Assembly: GCA_963805625.1 (NCBI GenBank)
Contig: CAWDVE010000010.1
Location: 512,001 to 576,000, forward strand
Source: an uncultured Candidatus Rokubacteria bacterium
GTDB lineage: Bacteria; Methylomirabilota; Methylomirabilia; Rokubacteriales; DASRDR01
Reading direction: 5' to 3'
Length of the DNA stretch: 64,000 nucleotides
A model generated the notes under the pieces. The model was given only the letters and a program-made list of their open reading frames with translations, was not told the DNA's origin and made no database searches. Each line of letters starts with the position of its first letter. Positions within the stretch are counted from its first letter, which is position 1. Shown here in pieces: positions 36,827-48,722 of the stretch. The translations under genes and the position numbers were made by a program.

Positions 36827-38200
36827 TCAGAGGATGTATCGGCTCACGTCGTCGTCCCCGATGATATCCGCCAGCCGCGCGTGCACGAAGCCCGCGTCGA
36901 CCGTCACCGTCTTGCCGGCGAGATCGGGGGCCTGAAAAGAGACATCCTCCAGGACACGCTCGAGGATCGTGTAGAGGCGCCGGGCGCCGATGTTCTCGGC
37001 GCGCTCGTTCACCCGGGTGGCGATCTCCGCGACGGCCTCCACGGCATCCGTGGTGAAGTCGAGCGTCACACCCTCGGTTCGGAGGAGCGCCGTGTACTGC
37101 TTGATGAGGGCGCTCTCCGGCTCGGTCAGGATCCGGACGAAGTCGGCGCGCGAGAGCGGCTCGAGCTCCACCCGGATGGGGAACCGTCCCTGGAGCTCCG
37201 GGATGAGGTCCGCCGGCTTCGCCACGTGGAACGCCCCGGCGGCGACGAAGAGCACGTGGTCGGTCCGCACCACACCGTACTTGGTGGTCACGGCGGTCCC
37301 CTCGACGATCGGCAGGAGGTCACGCTGGACGCCCTCTCGCGACACGTCCGGCCCCTGACCGCGTTCCCGTCCCGCGATCTTGTCGATCTCGTCCAGGAAC
37401 ACGATGCCCGAGTCCTGGACACGCCGGATCGCCTGGCTGGCGACCTCGTCCACGTCGATGAGCTTCTGCGTCTCCTCCTGGATGAGGAGGCGCCTCGCCT
37501 CCGACACCCGGACCTTCCGAAGCTTCGTGCGCGTGGGCAGCATGTTCCCGAGCATGTCACGCAGGTTCTGGTCCATCTCGCCCATGCCCGCCCCGGCGAA
37601 CATCTCCATCACCGGCATGCCCTGGGTCCGCACTTCCAGCTCGATTTGGCGATCGTCGAGGCGGCCCGAGCGGAGCTGCTCGCGGAGCTTCTCCCGCGTG
37701 GCGGCGCCGCTGGCCTCCGCGGAGACCGGCTCCAGGGTGCCGAGCCCGACGGCGTCCCGGATGCGGGCGCGCGGCAGGAGGAGCTCGAGGAGCCGCTCCT
37801 CGGCCGCCTGGGCGGCCCGCTCGGCGACGCTCTCGGCCATCTCGCTCTTGACCATGTTGACGCCGAGCTCAGTCAGGTCGCGGATCATCGACTCGACGTC
37901 CCGGCCGACGTAGCCCACCTCGGTGTACTTCGAGGCCTCCACCTTGATGAACGGCGCCTGGGCGAGCCGGGCGAGCCGCCGCGCGATCTCTGTCTTCCCG
38001 ACGCCCGTGGGTCCAATCATGATGATGTTCTTCGGTGCCACCTCGTCCCGGAGCTCCGGCGGGAGGTTCTGGCGCCGCCAGCGATTCCGGAGCGCGATGG
38101 CGACCGCGCGCTTCGCCCGGCCCTGCCCGACCACGTAGCGATCGAGCTCGACCACGATCTGGGCGGGTGTCAGCTGCCCCCCGTCGAGTCGGCCTGTCAC
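36827..38200 (-). CDS. hslU: ATP-dependent protease ATPase subunit
   Basis: [26 protein letters not shown]. Confidence 0.97.
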   Translation of the reverse strand: MTGRLDGGQLTPAQIVVELDRYVVGQGRAKRAVAIALRNRWRRQNLPPELRDEVAPKNIIMIGPTGVGKTEIARRLARLAQAPFIKVEASKYTEVGYVGRDVESMIRDLTELGVNMVKSEMAESVAERAAQAAEERLLELLLPRARIRDAVGLGTLEPVSAEASGAATREKLREQLRSGRLDDRQIELEVRTQGMPVMEMFAGAGMGEMDQNLRDMLGNMLPTRTKLRKVRVSEARRLLIQEETQKLIDVDEVASQAIRRVQDSGIVFLDEIDKIAGRERGQGPDVSREGVQRDLLPIVEGTAVTTKYGVVRTDHVLFVAAGAFHVAKPADLIPELQGRFPIRVELEPLSRADFVRILTEPESALIKQYTALLRTEGVTLDFTTDAVEAVAEIATRVNERAENIGARRLYTILERVLEDVSFQAPDLAGKTVTVDAGFVHARLADIIGDDDVSRYIL

Positions 38201-38736
38201 AGCTCCTCCACCGTCACCTGGTCGTTCGTGTAGACGCAGATCCCGGCCGCAACCCGCATGGACTCGACGGCGATCGCCTTGGCATCGAGCGCGGAGTGCG
38301 CGACGAGCGCGCGCGCTGCGGCCAGCGCGAATGGGCCGCCGGAACCGATTCCGATGAGCCCATCGTCCGGTTCGATCACCTCGCCCGTCCCCGACACGAT
38401 GAACGAGGCGTCGGCGTCCGCGACGGCCAGGAGCGCCTCGAGCCGGCGCAAGACGCGGTCGCTCCGCCACTCCTTGGCCAGCTCGACCGCCGCGCGCCGG
38501 AGGTTGCCGCGGTGCTCCTCGAGCCGCGCTTCGAACCGCTCGAACAGCGTGAAGGCGTCGGCGGCCGCGCCGGCGAACCCGGCGAGCACACGGTCGTGGT
38601 GGACGCGGCGCACCTTGCGCGCGGTGTGCTTCACGATCGTCGCGCCGAGGCTCACCTGCCCGTCCCCGGCCATCGCGACCCGTCCAAGGTGCCGGATGGA
38701 GACGACCGTCGTCGCGTGAAACGTCGCGGCGTCCAT
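38197..38736 (-). CDS. hslV: ATP-dependent protease peptidase subunit
   Basis: TT nucleophile, GDGQVS, IGSGG, ICVYTN. Confidence 0.96.
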   Translation of the reverse strand: MDAATFHATTVVSIRHLGRVAMAGDGQVSLGATIVKHTARKVRRVHHDRVLAGFAGAAADAFTLFERFEARLEEHRGNLRRAAVELAKEWRSDRVLRRLEALLAVADADASFIVSGTGEVIEPDDGLIGIGSGGPFALAAARALVAHSALDAKAIAVESMRVAAGICVYTNDQVTVEEL

Positions 38737-39635
38737 CACGCCTTCGCGCGCGGATGGGCCGCGTCGTAGACCTTCGCGAGCCGGTCCGTGCTCACGTGCG
38801 TGTAGCGCTGGGTTGTCGCCAGCCGGGCGTGCCCGAGGAGCTCCTGGATCAGGCGGAGATCCGCGCCGGCGTCCAGGAGGTGGGTCGCGAAGGTGTGGCG
38901 GAGCGTATGGGGCGTCACGCGCCCGGCGAGCCCCGCGGCCCGCGCGCGCGCCCGGACGATCCGGTGGAGGCTCCGCACCGTGAGGCGCCCGCCTCGGGAA
39001 TTCCGGAAGAGCGCCCCCCGGGCGGCCTCGCGCGTGCCGAGGTACGTGCGGAGCGACTCGACGGCCTTGGTGCCGAGCGGGACGATGCGCTCCTTGCGGC
39101 CCTTGCCGAGGACCCGCACGCTGCCCTCGCGGAGGTCCACATCCTCGATGTCGAGCCCGGACAGCTCCGCGACACGTACCCCGCTGGCGTAGAGCACCTC
39201 CAGGATCGCCCGGTCCCGCCGGTCCGCCTCCTCGTCGCCGGGAGGCTGCCGGAACAGCGCCTCGCTCTGGTCGATCGGGAGGTGCGCCGGCAGGCGGCCG
39301 GGAAGGCTCGGCGTCCGCACCTCGCGAGCCGGATTCACCCGCGCGCGTCCGCGCCGGATCAGGAAGCGAAAGAAGCTCCGGAGGGTCGCGAGGCGGCGCG
39401 CGATCGACGTCCGCGCGAGTCCCCGGTCGTGGAGATCCGCGAGGTATCCGCGGACCACGCGCGCGTCCGCGTCCGAGAGCGCGCCCAGCCCCCGACGCTC
39501 GAGAAACCCGAGACAGTCCAGGAGGTCGGCCCGGTAGCTCCGAACCGTGTGCGGTGAGGCTCCCCGCTCGGCTGCGAGATACCGGAGGAACGCGGCCACC
39601 GCCGGGCCGCCCTGCACGCTGCCGGCCGGCTTCAC
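38736..39635 (-). CDS. xerC: Tyrosine recombinase XerC
   Basis: [31 protein letters not shown]; topA-xerC-hslVU synteny. Confidence 0.9.
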   Translation of the reverse strand: MKPAGSVQGGPAVAAFLRYLAAERGASPHTVRSYRADLLDCLGFLERRGLGALSDADARVVRGYLADLHDRGLARTSIARRLATLRSFFRFLIRRGRARVNPAREVRTPSLPGRLPAHLPIDQSEALFRQPPGDEEADRRDRAILEVLYASGVRVAELSGLDIEDVDLREGSVRVLGKGRKERIVPLGTKAVESLRTYLGTREAARGALFRNSRGGRLTVRSLHRIVRARARAAGLAGRVTPHTLRHTFATHLLDAGADLRLIQELLGHARLATTQRYTHVSTDRLAKVYDAAHPRAKA

Positions 39636-41890
39636 GCGCTCTCGATCTCGCGCCGGTAGTCGCAACCCTCGCGCCAGCACGCGACGAAGCGCTTGCCCCG
39701 CCCCCCACGCTGCGTTAGGAACGGCGCGCCGCACTTCGGGCACGGAGTGACGACCGGCCGCTGCCAGACGACGAAGCGGCAGGTCGGGAAGTTCGCGCAG
39801 CCGAAGTACGCACGGCCCCGCTTCGAGCGCCGCTCGGTCAGCTCCCCGCCGCAGCCCTCCTGGGGGCACGGGATGCCCATCGTGATCGGCTTGAGGTTCT
39901 TGCACTCGGGATATCCCGAGCAGCCGATGAACCGGCCGTAGCGGCTCTGCTTGTAGACCATGGGACGGCCGCACTTGTCACAGGTGATGCCGGCCGGCTC
40001 GGGCTCTGCCTGGGCACTCTCCCCCAGGTTCCGCGTGTACTTGCAGTCCGGGTAGCGCTCGCACGCCAGGAATCGGCCGAAGCGCCCCCACTTCTCGAGG
40101 AGCTTGCCCTCGCCGCACGTGGGGCAGGTCTCGTCGGTGGCTTTGCCCTTCTTGAGGTCTTCCATCTCGATGCCGGCTTGCTTCAGGTCCTTGGCGAAGG
40201 GTACGTAGAACTGGCGCACCGTCTCGACCCACTTCCGGTCCCCTTCCTCGATCTCGTCGAGGGACTCCTCCATCTGGGCGGTGAACGCCACCTCGAAGAT
40301 GTCGGGGAAGGCCTTGACTAGGAGGTCGGTCACCGTCTCCCCCAGCTCGGTCGGGGACAGGGCACCTCGCTCCTTCTGGACGTACTCGCGCTTCTGAATC
40401 GTCGTCAGGATCTGAGCGTAGGTCGAGGGTCGGCCGATGCCCTTTTCCTCGAGCTCCTTTACCAGCGAGGCCTCCGTATAGCGAGGCGGCGGCTGCGTGA
40501 AGTGCTGCTTCGGCTCGAGTCGGACAAGGCCGAGACGCTGCCCTGCCTCGAGAGGAGGCATGCCCGACACCTCGGACTCGATCTCGTCGGGAGCCGCCGG
40601 CGCCACGGACTCGTCGGGCGCCTCGATGTAAACGGCCATGAAGCCCGGAGCGCGAAGGTGAGAGCCCAGCGCGCGGAAGAGGTACGGCCCGGCCGTCACG
40701 TCGACGGTGAGCGTGTCGTAGACGGCCGCGCGCATCTGGCTCGCCAGGAACCGGTCCCAGATCAGCCGGTAGAGCGCGAGCTGATCCCGGCTCAGATGGC
40801 GGGCCAGACGCTCGGGCGGCTGATCGAGGAGGGAGGGCCGGATCGCCTCATGGGCCTCCTGGGCCGACTTACGGGCGCGGTAGAAGGGCGGCCGGTCGGG
40901 CAGGGTTTCCACGCCGTACCGCGCCGCGATCACGTCGCGGGCCACCGCCTGCGCTTCGGCGGCCACCCGGGGCGAGTCGGTCCGCATGTACGTGATGAGG
41001 CCGACCGCGCCCCCCTCGCCGATGTCGACCCCCTCGTAGAGCTGCTGGGCGACCATCATGGTCTTCGAGGCCGAGAAGCGGAGCTTCCGCGCAGCGTCCT
41101 GCTGGAGGGTCGAGGTGATGAAGGGCGGTGACGGGTTTTTCCGCCGCTCGCCCCGATCGACCGTCTTGACCACGAACGTCGCGCGCTCCAGTTCGGCGAC
41201 GATGGCCTGGGTCTCGGCTCCGGTGGACGGGACGATCTTCTCGCCGGCCTTCTCCCGGAGCGTGGCGACGAACTCGGGCGGCAGGGCGGCGGCCAGGTAG
41301 GCGTGGAGGCTCCAGTACTCCTGGGGCACGAAGGCCCGGATCTCTCGCTCCCGCTCGCAGATCAGCCGGACCGCGACCGACTGGACGCGGCCGGCCGACA
41401 GACCCCGGCGGACGCGCTCCCACAGGAGCGGGCTGATCTTGTAGCCCACGAGCCGGTCGAGGACACGTCGGGCCTGCTGGGCGTCCACCCTCTTCTGGTC
41501 GATCCGCCCCGGATCCTTGAAGGCGGCCTTGACGGCCTTCTCGGTGATCTCGTTGAAGAGCACGCGGAAGACTCGCTCCGGCGGGAGTCCGATCTCCTGC
41601 GCGATGTGCCAGCCGATCGCCTCGCCCTCGCGGTCGGGGTCCGTCGCGATGTAGAGCGCCTTGGCCCTCTTGCCAACACGCTTGAGCTCGTCCAGCGTCT
41701 TGGTCTTCGTGCGGACGGGGACGTATTGAGGCGCGAAGCTCTTCTTGACGTCGATACCGAGCTTGCTCTTCGGCAAATCCTTCAGGTGGCCGAGCGAGGC
41801 CTTCACCACGTACCCCCGGTCGAGGTACTTCTGGATGGTCTTCACCTTGGTGGGTGACTCGACCACGACCAGGGACGTCCGTCCTGCCAC
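39632..41890 (-). CDS. topA: DNA topoisomerase I
   Basis: VESPTK, DPDREGE, SAGRVQ, ITYMRTD, C-terminal Zn ribbons. Confidence 0.97.
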   Translation of the reverse strand: MAGRTSLVVVESPTKVKTIQKYLDRGYVVKASLGHLKDLPKSKLGIDVKKSFAPQYVPVRTKTKTLDELKRVGKRAKALYIATDPDREGEAIGWHIAQEIGLPPERVFRVLFNEITEKAVKAAFKDPGRIDQKRVDAQQARRVLDRLVGYKISPLLWERVRRGLSAGRVQSVAVRLICEREREIRAFVPQEYWSLHAYLAAALPPEFVATLREKAGEKIVPSTGAETQAIVAELERATFVVKTVDRGERRKNPSPPFITSTLQQDAARKLRFSASKTMMVAQQLYEGVDIGEGGAVGLITYMRTDSPRVAAEAQAVARDVIAARYGVETLPDRPPFYRARKSAQEAHEAIRPSLLDQPPERLARHLSRDQLALYRLIWDRFLASQMRAAVYDTLTVDVTAGPYLFRALGSHLRAPGFMAVYIEAPDESVAPAAPDEIESEVSGMPPLEAGQRLGLVRLEPKQHFTQPPPRYTEASLVKELEEKGIGRPSTYAQILTTIQKREYVQKERGALSPTELGETVTDLLVKAFPDIFEVAFTAQMEESLDEIEEGDRKWVETVRQFYVPFAKDLKQAGIEMEDLKKGKATDETCPTCGEGKLLEKWGRFGRFLACERYPDCKYTRNLGESAQAEPEPAGITCDKCGRPMVYKQSRYGRFIGCSGYPECKNLKPITMGIPCPQEGCGGELTERRSKRGRAYFGCANFPTCRFVVWQRPVVTPCPKCGAPFLTQRGGRGKRFVACWREGCDYRREIESA

Positions 41891-41900
41891 GCTTCCTCCT

Positions 41901-43010
41901 CTAGCTCCGGACGTACCGCTGTCCGGCGATCCGGCGTACCAGCCCGCGCAGCTCGAGGGCCATGAGGCCCGCCGACACCTGGCCCGCCGAGAGCCGACTC
42001 CGCTCCACCACCGCGTCGACCGCGACCGGCTCGTCCCCCAGCAACGCGAGGATTGCCCGCTCCTCGAGCCCGTCCGCGGCCCCGGTCTCGGGCTCCGCCG
42101 ACGGCCTGCGCGCAGGAAGCGGTCGCAGCGCCCCTCGCCACTCCCGGGGCCACTCCGCCACGACGTCCTCCCAGCCCTGGACGAGCTTCGCGCCGTCCTG
42201 GATCAGGCTGTTCGTACCCTGGCTCCCGGCAGCCGACACGTTCCCGGGCACCGCGTAGACCTCCCGGCCGAGCTCTCCGGCCAAACGGGCGGTGATGAGC
42301 GCCCCACTCCGCTCCGCGGCTTCGACGACCACGGTGCCCAGCGTGAGACCCGCGATGACCCGGTTCCGCGCCGGGAAGTGGTAGGGCAGCGGGGCCGTTC
42401 CCATCGGGAACTGCGATACCATGGCGCCGGCCTTCACGACCTCGGCCGCCAGCCCACGGTTCTCGGGTGGATACACCACGTCCACACCCGAGCCCAGGAC
42501 GGCCAGCGTCCGGCCTCCGGTGTCGAGGGCTCCCCGGTGGGCGGCCGTGTCGACCCCCCGTGCCAAGCCGCTCACGACGGTCACCCCGCGGCCACCCAGG
42601 TCCGCCCCCAGCTGCTCGGCCATTCGAAGCCCGTAAGGCGTCCCGCGGCGCGAGCCGACGATGGCTATGGCCAGTCCGTCCTCGCGAAGGATCTCGCCCC
42701 GAACCAGCAGAAACGGCGGGGGCAGGTCGATCGGGCGGAGCGACACGGGATACTCCGGGTCTCCGAGGAGCACCAAGCGCGCACCGCACCGAGCGGCGGC
42801 CGCCGCCTGCTGGCGTGCTGCTTGCCGCCAGTCGAAGCCGGTGACCCCCCTGGCCGTCTCCTCACCCACCTCGGCAGCGAGAGCGCGGCCGGACGTCCCG
42901 AAGAGGTCGGCGGGCGGCCCGAGGCGCAGGAGGTCGTGGTAGCGCCGCGAATTCCCCGCGACTTCGGGGACCAGAGCCAGCGACACCCACGCCCATCGCT
43001 CGTCGGCCAT
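41901..43010 (-). CDS. dprA: DNA-processing protein DprA
   Basis: IVGSR, VSGLARGVD, FPARNR, SGALITA. Confidence 0.96.
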   Translation of the reverse strand: MADERWAWVSLALVPEVAGNSRRYHDLLRLGPPADLFGTSGRALAAEVGEETARGVTGFDWRQAARQQAAAAARCGARLVLLGDPEYPVSLRPIDLPPPFLLVRGEILREDGLAIAIVGSRRGTPYGLRMAEQLGADLGGRGVTVVSGLARGVDTAAHRGALDTGGRTLAVLGSGVDVVYPPENRGLAAEVVKAGAMVSQFPMGTAPLPYHFPARNRVIAGLTLGTVVVEAAERSGALITARLAGELGREVYAVPGNVSAAGSQGTNSLIQDGAKLVQGWEDVVAEWPREWRGALRPLPARRPSAEPETGAADGLEERAILALLGDEPVAVDAVVERSRLSAGQVSAGLMALELRGLVRRIAGQRYVRS

Positions 43011-43075
43011 CGTTACCGTCCCGAGCGTCGTCACACCCCGCTCAATAGCACTAAACACGTGCAAAGCAAACGCCA

Positions 43076-43105
43076 TGATATACACCCCGTGCGAGCGACG
43101 TCAAG
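43076..43105 (-). promoter_or_regulatory. sigma70-like promoter upstream of dprA
   Basis: TTGACG-18 bp-TATCAT. Confidence 0.55.
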
Positions 43106-43180
43106 AAAACGGACGGTCGAGGGCCGCAGCGAGGTGAAAGAATTCGCCCGGTTTGACAGAGAGTTGAGCCTGATCCCCTA

Positions 43181-44062
43181 CTATCGCGGCTCTGCTGGCC
43201 GGACCGAGCGGCCCGGCTGGCGGAGCACGGCGCGTGCGCGGAGGGCGGCGTCGCTGTCTGGAAAGTCGCGCAGGAGCCGGGCCCATACCTCGCGCGCCCG
43301 ATCCTCGAGACGGAGCGAGCGCAGAGCGAGCCCAAGGCGGAGCAGAGCGTCCGGGGTTCGCTCTCCGGTCGGGGCGAGATCGATCGCCCTTTGATACTTG
43401 CTGGTCGCCTGCTCGAAGTCGCGGCTCCGGAAGTAGGCCTCGCCGATCCAGAACTGGACGCTCGGCGCCAGGGGATGCCCCGAGTACTTGTCGGCAAACT
43501 CCTCGAAGTCCAGGACCGCCTGGCCGAGCTCGCCCGCCCGGAAGCTCTCCATCCCGCGGTCAAAGAGCTCCTCGGCCGAGATCGGGGGTCCCGGGTGCCG
43601 GGGTCCCGACGGGCGCGCCCGGGCAGGCGCCACCGCGCTTGGACTCCCTGCCTCGAGCCGCAAGAGCTGCTCCGCCAGGCTCCCGACGCTGACCTCCAGT
43701 CCCGCGACGCCGTCGGTCAGCTCGTCGACTCGGCGCTCCCCTGTCGCGAGGCGCCCCTCGAGGGCCTCCTGCGCTTCCCGGGCGCGTGCCTCCGCCGTCT
43801 CCCGGCCGGCCGCCGCCTGGCGGCTCCCCGCATCGACGGCCGCCCTGAGCCCGGCGACCTCCTCGCGAAGTCCCCGGAGATCCGTGCGGAGCGCGTCGAC
43901 GGCCGTCTTCAGGTCCGAGAGGGCAGCATCCTGCCGCGCCACCTGGTCCTGGAGCGCGGCGCATCCGGCGAGCCCGGTCAGGAAGCCGAGGGCCAGGACG
44001 AGGCACGAGACGCTGACACGCCCTTGCACCCGGAACGGGAGACCGAAGCTACCCCCGATCAC
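43181..44062 (-). CDS. cpoB: CpoB/YbgF-like coiled-coil TPR lipoprotein
   Basis: Lipobox LAGC, coiled coil, FWIGEAYF, PDALLRLG, FPDS. Confidence 0.8.
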   Translation of the reverse strand: MIGGSFGLPFRVQGRVSVSCLVLALGFLTGLAGCAALQDQVARQDAALSDLKTAVDALRTDLRGLREEVAGLRAAVDAGSRQAAAGRETAEARAREAQEALEGRLATGERRVDELTDGVAGLEVSVGSLAEQLLRLEAGSPSAVAPARARPSGPRHPGPPISAEELFDRGMESFRAGELGQAVLDFEEFADKYSGHPLAPSVQFWIGEAYFRSRDFEQATSKYQRAIDLAPTGERTPDALLRLGLALRSLRLEDRAREVWARLLRDFPDSDAALRARAVLRQPGRSVRPAEPR

Positions 44063-44769
44063 GAGCTGGCCGCCGTCGCCAGGCCGCGTGTGCCCGCCGC
44101 CGCCCGCCGCTCGAGGGCTCGGCTGCCGAGTGACATTCCGTACGTGAGGAGCCAGTAGACGACCGCGATGAACAGGTAGAGCTCGAATGGCCGGATCTCG
44201 CGCTGATTGACCGTCTGGGCGGCCTTCGTGAGGTCCATGTACCCGATGATAGAGGCGAGCGAGGTGTCTTTGACCAGGATGATGAACTGCGTGACGAGCG
44301 ACGGCAGCATGTTCCGAATCGCCTGCGGCAGGACGACGTAGCGCATCGTGGCCGTGTACGGGAGTCCCGTGGCGTCGGCTGCCTCCACCTGGCCGCGGGG
44401 AACGGATTGGATACCCGCGCGGATGATCTCGCCGAGGTACGTCGCCTCGAAGACGACGAATGCCACGAGAGCCACCCAGTACTGGGGCAACGAGACGCCG
44501 GTCGCAATCGGGATGAAGAACCAGAACCAGAACACCACCATGACCAGCGGAACGCCCCGGATCACCTCGACGTAGAGCGACGCAGGATAGTGGAGCCACG
44601 GCCGCGCCGAGAGGCGGCCCAGCGCAACCCCGATGCCGAGGATGAAGCCGAGCACGATCGTCGGGATCGCCAGCGCGATGGTCCCGCCGCCGAACGCCCC
44701 GATGCCGAGCAGCCCCTGGACCAGGAGGAAGCGCCAGTTGTCCGCGATGACGGAGAAGTCCAGGGTCAT
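44059..44769 (-). CDS. Polar amino-acid ABC transporter permease
   Basis: RGVPL, EIIRAGI, GQ.EAA, KDTSL. Confidence 0.94.
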   Translation of the reverse strand: MTLDFSVIADNWRFLLVQGLLGIGAFGGGTIALAIPTIVLGFILGIGVALGRLSARPWLHYPASLYVEVIRGVPLVMVVFWFWFFIPIATGVSLPQYWVALVAFVVFEATYLGEIIRAGIQSVPRGQVEAADATGLPYTATMRYVVLPQAIRNMLPSLVTQFIILVKDTSLASIIGYMDLTKAAQTVNQREIRPFELYLFIAVVYWLLTYGMSLGSRALERRAAAGTRGLATAASS

Positions 44770-44782
44770 GAGCCCGCGTCCG

Positions 44783-45529
44783 TCAATGCGCGGCTCCCCC
44801 GCCCCGGACGATGAGACCCGGAATCGCCACCCGGCGCTCGACGCGCGCCATCACCGTCGAAACACAGAGGCAGAGCCCCAGGTAGATCAGCGTCCCCGCC
44901 GTGATCGACTCGAAGCCCTTCGCGGTGTAGCTCTCGATCTGGCGGGTCATGAAGGTCGTCTCGGCCACGCTGATGGTGAGGGCAAGCGAAGAGTTCTTGA
45001 GCAGGTTGAGCGAATCGTTGGTGAGCGGTGGCACGAGGAGCCGGAGCGCGATCGGCAGCACCACCAGGCGGTACGCCTGGCCCAGCGTGAAGCCGGTGGA
45101 CAGGGCCGCCTCCAGCTGGGTGGCCGGAACCGACTGGATGCCCGCACGCACGATCTCGGCCATCCGCGCCCCGTGATAGACACCAAGCGCCGCGACGGCG
45201 GCCAGGAACTCGCCGTGGTGCCGGTTCAGCCAGTCCTGGGTCGCGTCGGGAAGCAGCTGGGGGACACCGAAGTACCAGAGGAACATCCACACCAGGAGCG
45301 GGACATTGCGAAAGAACTCGACGTAGGTGGCGCCGAGCCCCCGCAGGACCCGCGATGGCACGGTCCGGATCGCCCCGAACACGGCGCCGAGCCCGGCCGC
45401 CAGCACCCAGGCGAGCCCGGCCAGCGCGAGCGTCGTCAGGACGCCTTGCAGGAGCCAGCTGACGTACGGGCTCGTCCAGAGGACGCTCCACTGGAACTGG
45501 TAGACGAGGGCGAGAAATGGCCTCGGCAT
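44783..45529 (-). CDS. Polar amino-acid ABC transporter permease
   Basis: RNVPLL, EIVRAGI, KNSSL. Confidence 0.94.
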   Translation of the reverse strand: MPRPFLALVYQFQWSVLWTSPYVSWLLQGVLTTLALAGLAWVLAAGLGAVFGAIRTVPSRVLRGLGATYVEFFRNVPLLVWMFLWYFGVPQLLPDATQDWLNRHHGEFLAAVAALGVYHGARMAEIVRAGIQSVPATQLEAALSTGFTLGQAYRLVVLPIALRLLVPPLTNDSLNLLKNSSLALTISVAETTFMTRQIESYTAKGFESITAGTLIYLGLCLCVSTVMARVERRVAIPGLIVRGGGAAH

Positions 45530-45607
45530 CTTTACGCTCCGCCGGGGACTTTGCGGGGGCCTTCGCGGGACCCGAGCTGCGTCGCCGGGGTCCCGCGGCG
45601 CACGAAC

Positions 45608-46474
45608 TCAGCGCGGGATGACCTGCATCTGGAGGAAGATCCGGGCCGTCTCGGACAAAGGGTACGGCACCTCACCCTGCGGGCCGAACCACTTGTCGTA
45701 GAGCTTCTGATACTCCCCGCTCTCGATGGCCTCCATGAGCGTGAAGTCCACCAGGTTCCTGAAGTCTGTCTCGTTCTTGCGCATCGCCATGCCGTACGGC
45801 TCGTAGGTGAAGAACTCACCCACCACGTCCCATTCGCCCGGGTTCGGCGCCTTCACCTTCAGGCCGGCCAGCTGTACGCCGTCGTTCGTGTAGGCGTCAA
45901 TCTTGCCCTGGGCGAGCGCGGTGAACCCCGCCGGCTGGTCGGGGAACACGACCAGCTGCGCCTGCGGGTACTTCTCCCGCACCGCCTTCTCGTTCGTCGA
46001 GCCCTGCTGGGCGCCGATGCGCTTGCCGGCGATGCTCTGGACGCCCCGGATGGGGCTGCCCTTCTTGACCAGGAACTGGGCGCCCGTCACGAAAAAGACC
46101 GAGCTGAAGTCGAGGCTGTCACGCCGGGCCCGCGTGATGGTCATCGTTCCCGCGATGAGGTCGACGGCGCCGCTGGTCAGCAGCGGGATACGCGTGGCCG
46201 GGGTCGACTCCTTGAGCTCGAACTTCACCGGCTTGCCCAGCTTCTTCTCGACGTTTACGTGCACGAGCTTGGCGAGGTCCACGGAGAAGCCGCCCCAGTT
46301 GTTCTGCTTGTCGATGAATCCGAACGGTGGCGACCCGGTCCGCGTCCCGACCACCAGCGTGCCCGTACGCGCGATCTTCTCGAGCGTGGTCTCCGCCAGG
46401 ACCGGCCCCGCGCCCACGAGGAGCACGGCCAGAACCAGTCCCGCTAACGCGATCCGCCTTGTCACTGCCACCAT
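45608..46474 (-). CDS. Polar amino-acid ABC transporter substrate-binding protein (Glu/Asp-type)
   Basis: Signal peptide, TLEKI...G, PPFGF, RIPLL, TIT..R. Confidence 0.93.
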   Translation of the reverse strand: MVAVTRRIALAGLVLAVLLVGAGPVLAETTLEKIARTGTLVVGTRTGSPPFGFIDKQNNWGGFSVDLAKLVHVNVEKKLGKPVKFELKESTPATRIPLLTSGAVDLIAGTMTITRARRDSLDFSSVFFVTGAQFLVKKGSPIRGVQSIAGKRIGAQQGSTNEKAVREKYPQAQLVVFPDQPAGFTALAQGKIDAYTNDGVQLAGLKVKAPNPGEWDVVGEFFTYEPYGMAMRKNETDFRNLVDFTLMEAIESGEYQKLYDKWFGPQGEVPYPLSETARIFLQMQVIPR

Positions 46475-46502
46475 CGGTGTCGCTCCTTTCCCCTGCCGCC
46501 CG

Positions 46503-47276
46503 TCAGTGAGCGAGGATCTTTGACAGGAAGTGCCGCGTGCGCTCGTGCCTCGGCCGGTCGAAGAAGGCGTCCGGCGCTCCCTGCTCGACGATCCGCCCCT
46601 CGTCCATGAAGATTACCCTGTGGGCTACCTTGCGCGCGAATCCCATCTCGTGGGTCACCACGAGCATCGTCATGCCCTCGCGGGCTAGAGCCACCATCAC
46701 GTCCAGCACCTCGTTGATCATCTCCGGGTCCAGGGCAGACGTCGGCTCGTCGAACAGCATGATCTTCGGCTGCATCGCGAGCGCGCGCGCGATGGCGACC
46801 CGCTGCTGCTGGCCGCCCGAGAGCTGCGCAGGGTACGCACCTGCCTTGTCCGGGATGTCGACCTTCGCCAGGAGGTCCATCGCGACCCGCTCGGCCTCCG
46901 TGCGGGCCCGTCCCCGCACCCGGATGGGCGCCAGGGTGACGTTCTCCAGCACGGTCATGTGCGGGTAGAGGTTGAACTGCTGGAAGACCATGCCGATGTC
47001 GGCACGGAGCCGCGGCAGGTCCACGCCAGGGCCCTGCACGTCGCGCCCGTCGACGGTCAGCCGGCCTGCCTGGATCGGCTCGAGCCGGTTCACGCAGCGG
47101 ATCAGCGTGCTCTTGCCGGAGCCGCTCGGCCCGCACACCACGAGCACCTCGCCCCGCGCGACCTCCAGGTCGACGTCCTTGAGGACGTGGAGCTTCCCGA
47201 ACCACTTGTTCACTCGCTCGTAGCGGATGATCGGGTCGGCCGTGGGGCTCGCCGCTCCGTCCCGCTCTCCCGTCAT
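46503..47276 (-). CDS. Polar amino-acid ABC transporter ATP-binding protein
   Basis: [25 protein letters not shown]. Confidence 0.96.
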   Translation of the reverse strand: MTGERDGAASPTADPIIRYERVNKWFGKLHVLKDVDLEVARGEVLVVCGPSGSGKSTLIRCVNRLEPIQAGRLTVDGRDVQGPGVDLPRLRADIGMVFQQFNLYPHMTVLENVTLAPIRVRGRARTEAERVAMDLLAKVDIPDKAGAYPAQLSGGQQQRVAIARALAMQPKIMLFDEPTSALDPEMINEVLDVMVALAREGMTMLVVTHEMGFARKVAHRVIFMDEGRIVEQGAPDAFFDRPRHERTRHFLSKILAH

Positions 47277-47665
47277 CGCTCTCCTCGCTTCGGTACCCGC
47301 ACGCGGCCCCACTGACGGCGCCGCCGGGCTCGCGCGCGGACTGACGACGCCGCCCGACGTGCCTCGAAGCGTCACCTTGAGGCGGGCGGGGCGGACCCGG
47401 CCGCCCATAGGCTGCGGGGGACCCGGCCCCGCCGCGCAGACCGCACTCGGTGGACCCGATCGCTCCGCGGCATCCGCGGACGACGAACATGGCCGCTTCG
47501 GTGCGGAGTATATCTGCCCGTCCGGGGGGTCACAAGCTGCGATGCCAGCGAGTCCGGTCGGCGCGGCGCGTCGGACGGCTTCCCCCGCATGTCTCGTGTT
47601 CACACGGCGAGACGTCCAGCGGCTTGATCTTGCCGAGGACCAGCGGCGCGGCTAAGATCGCCGCC

Positions 47666-48697
47666 GTGGTGGAGGTCTCCGCACTTCTCTCGACGGGCAG
47701 CGCGCTCCTGGCGGGACTCCTCTTCGGCTTCTGCGCGCAGCGCGGCGGCTTCTGCCTGACCCGGGCGCTCTCCAACTGGGTCCTCATGGGGGACACGGCG
47801 ATCCTGCGGGCGTACCTGCTCGCGCTCCTCGTCGCGATCGTCGGCGTCCACGTGCTCGAGCTCGGGCTCGTCGAGTCCATCCCGGTCCGGCCGTTCCGCT
47901 GGCTCGCCAACCTTACCGGCGGCTTCGTCTTCGGCGTGGGCATGATCCTCGGGGGCGGATGCGCGGGCAGCTCCTGGTACCGTCTGGGCGAAGGCGCGCT
48001 CGGCGCGTGGGTCGTGCTGGTGGGGTTCGCGATGGGCGCGAGCGCGGCGAGCGTCGGTATCCTGCAATCGGTACGGACGACGCTCCAGACCTTCGAGTAC
48101 GCCATCGACGACCAGCCGGCCACCCTCTACGGGATCCTCGGCGTGCGACCATGGCTGGTCATCGGCGCCCTCGTCGTCGGGGTCGGCGTGTGGCTCCTCC
48201 GAAACCGCCCGCAGGAGGGCGAGCACGGAAAGTGGCGCTGGCCCGTCACCGGGAGCGCCATCGGCTTGGTGATCGTGCTCGGCTGGTACCTCTCGGCGCT
48301 CGGGGGCAGCCCTACCGGCATCACCTTCGCCGCGAATACCGGGCACCTCCTGACCTACCCGCTGGTGGGCTACCCCAACCGGGCCACCTGGGGCATGCTG
48401 CTGCTTCTCGGAGTGGTCGCGGGGGCGGCGCTGGCCGCGTGGCGAGCCGGCGAGTTCGGGTGGAAGCCCGTGCCGGGCTTCACGATCGTGAAGCTGTTCG
48501 CCGGCGGGCTCATCATGGGCGTCGGGGCTCTGGTCGCCGACGGTTGCAACATCACCCAGGGCCTCACGAACTCCGCGACGCTGGCGCTCGGCAGCCTGAC
48601 GGCGTTCGCCTCGATGCTCGTCGGCGGATGGGTGGCGCTCTGGGTGCTCTTCTCCCCACGCGGGGAGCGCCGCTCCGCCGGTCCGGCCCGACCGTAG
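47666..48697 (+). CDS. YeeE/YedE-family sulfur-compound (thiosulfate) transporter
   Basis: QRGGFC, GGCA, DGCN conserved Cys motifs; multi-TM. Confidence 0.9.
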   Translation: MVEVSALLSTGSALLAGLLFGFCAQRGGFCLTRALSNWVLMGDTAILRAYLLALLVAIVGVHVLELGLVESIPVRPFRWLANLTGGFVFGVGMILGGGCAGSSWYRLGEGALGAWVVLVGFAMGASAASVGILQSVRTTLQTFEYAIDDQPATLYGILGVRPWLVIGALVVGVGVWLLRNRPQEGEHGKWRWPVTGSAIGLVIVLGWYLSALGGSPTGITFAANTGHLLTYPLVGYPNRATWGMLLLLGVVAGAALAAWRAGEFGWKPVPGFTIVKLFAGGLIMGVGALVADGCNITQGLTNSATLALGSLTAFASMLVGGWVALWVLFSPRGERRSAGPARP

Positions 48698-48722
48698 CCA
48701 GGCCGGCGGAGCGGGCTGGGAT

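Noticed and set aside
38736-39635. Second mobile-element integrase
   Set aside because: Housekeeping XerC in conserved topA-xerC-hslVU context, no att repeats.
43153-43184. TTGACA...TACTAT antisense promoter into cpoB
   Set aside because: Spacer is 20 bp, too long for a standard sigma70 promoter; no other support.
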